DNA of 64,000 nucleotides from an uncultured Arcobacteraceae bacterium (lineage in GTDB: Bacteria; Campylobacterota; Campylobacteria; Campylobacterales; Arcobacteraceae): contig CAXHZO010000013.1 in the NCBI GenBank assembly GCA_964022095.1, forward strand, positions 1 to 64,000, given 5' to 3'. Each line of letters begins with the position of its first letter. Within the stretch, counting starts at the first letter, position 1. A model generated the notes under the pieces. That model searched no databases and was not told the DNA's origin. It was given only the letters and a program-made list of their open reading frames with translations. The position numbers and the translations under genes are program-made. Positions 60,491 to 64,000 of this stretch are shown here, piece after piece.

Positions 60491-60814
60491 TGTATAAAAA
60501 ATAAGCAATTTATAAATATTACTATTATATTTAATGTAATATTAAGTCTTAAATTGAATAATTTGAAAGTATATGACTAATAAATCAAATTATTAATGTA
60601 AATATAAGTTTTACTGTTTATTAAAGATACAATGTGTATATAATATATATAACTCTATTAGTTAAAGTATATACAATGTTTAATTCTTTATCTTTAAAAT
60701 ATTAATGTTTATTTAAGCTAAAAATAATGTTATGTATATTGTTAATTGCTTTATTGTTTTTTATAATATAGCTATTAATGTAATATTAAGTTTAAAATGT
60801 ATAAAAAGTAAACA
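60491..60814. promoter_or_regulatory. Divergent narK/nrtA control region with multiple conserved boxes
   Basis: Direct-repeat boxes at 60531, 60593, 60702, 60775; palindromes at 60491, 60615, 60798. Confidence 0.65.
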
Positions 60815-60883
60815 TTAATATTGTAACTTTTGTATTAAAAGTGTGATAGAATTTTTTTATCAAAGATTTCAAGGAGTTAAAAG

Positions 60884-62266
60884 ATGTTAAAACAAGCGTT
60901 AAAAATTGGTTTAGGTATTTCAGTAGTTGCAAGTGCTTTAATGGCAGCGCCAGAAAAAACTAAATTAAAAATTGGTTTTATTGCATTAACTGACTGTGCA
61001 CCATTAGTTATAGCAAAAGAGAAAGGTTTCTTCGCAGAAGAAGGTTTAGATGTTCATGTTGCTAAAGAAGGTGGTGGATGGCCTGGAATTCAGCAAAAAG
61101 TAATTTCTGGTGAATATGACTTTTCTCATGCATTAGCAGGGATGCCAATTGCAGCAACACTAGGTATTAATGGAAATGCACATCTACAAGCACTTCTATC
61201 ACTTGATTTTAACGGAAATGCAATTACTTATGGTAATAACATCATAGGTGAAATGGAAAAATATGGTTTAGATAAAACAAAAAGACCAGTATCAGCTGAA
61301 AGCTTAAAAAAATATATTGATGCTAAAAAAGCTGCTGAAGGAAATGATTATCAACCATTAAACTTTGGTATGGTTCACCCAGTTTCTACTCATAACTATG
61401 AGTTAAGATATTGGATGGCTGGTTCTGGAATTAAACCAGATGAAGATACTACAATCAAACCTTTCCCACCACCTACAATGCCACAAAACTTAATTGCTGG
61501 TAATATTGAGGGATACTGTGTTGGTGAGCCTTGGAATTCAAGAATTGTACTTAAAGGTGCAGGTTCTGCACTAGTTACAAATTATGATATTTGGAATAAT
61601 AACCCTGAAAAAGTTTTACAAGCAAGAGCAGATTTTATTAAGAAAAACCCAGAAACTACAAAAGCAGTTATGAGAGCAGTAATTAAAGCTCAAATGTGGC
61701 TAGATGAGTCATGGGAAAATAGAGAAGAAGCTATTAAATACCTTGCTAAGAAAAACTACGTAAAAGCTCCTAAAAAAGTTTTACAAAAGTCAATGTCTGG
61801 AACATTCCTTTATAATAAAGGTGTAGATTCAGAGAATCCAATGTTTAACACATTTGCTAACTATTATGCATCATATCCATTCTACTCTCATGGTATGTGG
61901 TTTATTACACAAATGTACAGATGGGGACAACTAGAAAAACCAGTTGATATGAAAGCGACTATTGAAAAAGTATATAGACCAGATTTATTTGCAGAAGTTG
62001 CGAAAGAAGTTGGATATACATTACCTCCTTCAGCATGGAAAAAAGATGGTGTTGATGAATACAATAAATTTATTGATGGAAAAGTTTGGGATCCAAACAA
62101 AGCTGTTGAATATATTTATGACACATTCGCTGTATCTAATCCAAAAGTTACAAAAAAAGAATTAGCGAAAGTTAATACTTGGAAAGTTGATACAAAACAA
62201 CCTTCATATGTTTGTCCTTATGGACCAGCAGGTTGTGCAGATCCAAAATTCGTAACAAAAAAATAA
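60884..62266 (+). CDS. nrtA: NrtA/CmpA family ABC substrate-binding protein (nitrate/nitrite/cyanate)
   Basis: Signal peptide, [32 protein letters not shown]. Confidence 0.9.
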   Translation: MLKQALKIGLGISVVASALMAAPEKTKLKIGFIALTDCAPLVIAKEKGFFAEEGLDVHVAKEGGGWPGIQQKVISGEYDFSHALAGMPIAATLGINGNAHLQALLSLDFNGNAITYGNNIIGEMEKYGLDKTKRPVSAESLKKYIDAKKAAEGNDYQPLNFGMVHPVSTHNYELRYWMAGSGIKPDEDTTIKPFPPPTMPQNLIAGNIEGYCVGEPWNSRIVLKGAGSALVTNYDIWNNNPEKVLQARADFIKKNPETTKAVMRAVIKAQMWLDESWENREEAIKYLAKKNYVKAPKKVLQKSMSGTFLYNKGVDSENPMFNTFANYYASYPFYSHGMWFITQMYRWGQLEKPVDMKATIEKVYRPDLFAEVAKEVGYTLPPSAWKKDGVDEYNKFIDGKVWDPNKAVEYIYDTFAVSNPKVTKKELAKVNTWKVDTKQPSYVCPYGPAGCADPKFVTKK

Positions 62267-62362
62267 ATTTAATTAAAAGGAAAAGCTCTTATGAGCTTTG
62301 TCCTTTTGAATGCACAAAGTTTGAGTAATCAAAAGGACAAGTTTTCTAAAAAGGAAGTAATC

Positions 62363-63172
62363 ATGAATAAAGAAACATTGAAAAAGATATTTCTACCATT
62401 AATTGTATTAATTGTAGTAATTCAAATTTGGTCTGGAGTGTCAACATTAATTCCAGGATTTCCAACGCCAAGTGATACATATGTATATGCATTTGGTGGA
62501 GAAACAAGTGATGGAGAAGAGCCAGAAGGTGTATTATCTGATCCATTTTATATTGAGAATCAAGATGATAAAGGAATTTTTTGGCAAGTTTTAGAATCTC
62601 TTAAAAGAGTATTTGGTGGATTTGCATTAGCAGTATTAGTTGGTATTCCAGTTGGTCTTGCAATTGGTATGAGTAAAAATATTCAATATGCGTTAGATCC
62701 ATTTATACAAATATTTAAGCCAGTTTCACCATTAGCATGGTTACCTTTATTACTATTTGCATTTAAAGATATTGATAATACGGCGATGTCTACAATTTTT
62801 ATTACATCAATTTGGCCAATTATTATTAATACAGCCCTTGGTGTTAAAAATGTTAGTGAAGATTATTTAAATGTTGCGAAAGTATTAAGGTTTACTGCAT
62901 TAGAAAAAGTATTCCAAATTATTTTACCAGTTGCTGTTCCTTATATCTTTACGGGTATGAGATTATCACTTGGTATTGCTTGGTTAGTTATTGTTGCAGC
63001 TGAGATGTTAACAGGTGGTATTGGTATAGGTTTTTGGATTTGGGATGAGTATAATAATCTTGCTTATCACAATATTATAATTGGTATTATAATAGTAGGT
63101 TTAGTTGGATTTTTACTTGATGCTGTTATGGGTAAAGTTGCTGATTATTTTGACTACAGAAAAAAGATGTAA
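62363..63172 (+). CDS. nrtB: Nitrate ABC transporter permease
   Basis: PVSPLAWLP, IWPIIINT, AWLVIVAAEML; ATG 62363 after AAGGA (track start 62291). Confidence 0.9.
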   Translation: MNKETLKKIFLPLIVLIVVIQIWSGVSTLIPGFPTPSDTYVYAFGGETSDGEEPEGVLSDPFYIENQDDKGIFWQVLESLKRVFGGFALAVLVGIPVGLAIGMSKNIQYALDPFIQIFKPVSPLAWLPLLLFAFKDIDNTAMSTIFITSIWPIIINTALGVKNVSEDYLNVAKVLRFTALEKVFQIILPVAVPYIFTGMRLSLGIAWLVIVAAEMLTGGIGIGFWIWDEYNNLAYHNIIIGIIIVGLVGFLLDAVMGKVADYFDYRKKM

Positions 63173-63187
63173 GGTAAAGGGTATAAA

Positions 63188-63988
63188 ATGAGTAAAAATG
63201 ATAAATTCTTACAATTAGAAAGTATTGATAAAACATTTCCACTTCCAGGTGGAAAAGAGTATAAAGCTGTAGTTGATGTAAATGTAAATATCAAAAAAAA
63301 TGAGATTATATCAATTATTGGACATAGTGGTTGTGGTAAAAGTACACTTTTAAATATGATAGCAGGACTTGATGCACAAACAAAAGGTAATATTATTTTA
63401 AATAATAAAGAGATAACAGGACCAGGCCCTGAGCGTGCAGTAGTATTTCAAAATCACTCATTACTTCCTTGGTTAACTGTTTATCAAAATATTGAAATGG
63501 CAGTAAAAAAAGTAATGCCAGGACTTAGTTCTGCTGAATTAAAAGAGAGAGTTTTGCACTTCGTTTCTATGGTAAATCTAGATCATGCAGCAGATAAATT
63601 CCCTGGTGAAATTTCTGGTGGTATGAAACAAAGAGTTGGTATCGCAAGAGCACTTTCAATTCAACCAGATGTACTTTTAATGGATGAGCCTTTTGGTGCA
63701 CTTGATTCATTAACTAGAGCAAATCTACAAGAACACTTAATGAGAATTCAACAAAAAGTTCAAAATACAGTAATTATTATTACTCATGATATTGATGAAG
63801 CTGTTTTGTTAAGTGATAGAGTAATTATGATGACTAATGGTCCAGAAGCAACTATTGGAGAAATTTTAGAAGTGAAATTAGATAGACCAAGGGATAGAGT
63901 TGCTCTTCAAAGTGATCCTGAATATATTAGATGTAGAGAATCTATTTTAGACTTTTTATATAAAAAATTTGCAAAAGAAGATGAGTAG
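63188..63988 (+). CDS. nrtD: Nitrate ABC transporter ATP-binding subunit
   Basis: GHSGCGKST, VFQNHSLLPW, ISGGMKQR, DEPFGALD. Confidence 0.9.
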   Translation: MSKNDKFLQLESIDKTFPLPGGKEYKAVVDVNVNIKKNEIISIIGHSGCGKSTLLNMIAGLDAQTKGNIILNNKEITGPGPERAVVFQNHSLLPWLTVYQNIEMAVKKVMPGLSSAELKERVLHFVSMVNLDHAADKFPGEISGGMKQRVGIARALSIQPDVLLMDEPFGALDSLTRANLQEHLMRIQQKVQNTVIIITHDIDEAVLLSDRVIMMTNGPEATIGEILEVKLDRPRDRVALQSDPEYIRCRESILDFLYKKFAKEDE

Positions 63989-64000
63989 TTTAACTCTCTT

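Noticed and set aside
60423-60883. sigma54 promoters or ANTAR twin-hairpin leaders expected for nas operons
   Set aside because: No GG-N10-GC (TGGCAC...TTGC) element or convincing hexaloop hairpin pair was seen in this or the other cluster intergenic regions by eye
552-62546. Numerous short ORFs in the track overlapping long genes (e.g. 552-923, 4614-4976, 14688-15053, 42369-42782, 59546-59950)
   Set aside because: They lie antisense to or out of frame within well-supported genes, with no recognisable RBS or motifs; shadow ORFs

Overview
A very AT-rich chromosomal segment whose protein families and gene content point to Campylobacterota, most likely Arcobacteraceae (inferred, not database-checked). 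In order it contains: (1) the 3' 6.8 kb of a giant T1SS-type repetitive adhesin; (2) a sensor-less histidine kinase, tkt, and a beta-hydroxyacid dehydrogenase/tautomerase pair; (3) an expanded ars operon (arsR-GGCT-arsB-mntP-arsC-arsP); (4) a two-component system with cidA/lrgB, ccoG, a small thioredoxin and sulP-usp; (5) merR-aas; (6) a receiver-less NtrC/Fis-like regulator upstream of glnD; (7) a bspA-like lipoprotein and secreted protein followed by two paralogous, complementarily degenerate histidine kinases around one response regulator; (8) a cluster of about 23 kb for nitrate/nitrite/cyanate assimilation (nirBD, cynS, FNT, heme-c sensor TCS, two Mo enzymes, DmsB-DmsC fusion, nirA, narK, nrtABD, two PP2C-Ser/Thr kinase fusions). 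The best candidates for undescribed biology are: a 17-bp palindrome TGWWTA-N5-TAWACA found at the nitrogen-assimilation promoters and upstream of the receiver-less NtrC-like gene, usually paired with a second conserved box; a possible split heterodimeric histidine kinase (one partner His-only, the other ATPase-only); a candidate anti-Shine-Dalgarno sRNA of about 100 nt; and a quinol-linked cytoplasmic Mo-enzyme module. No rRNA, tRNA, IS element or CRISPR array was seen.
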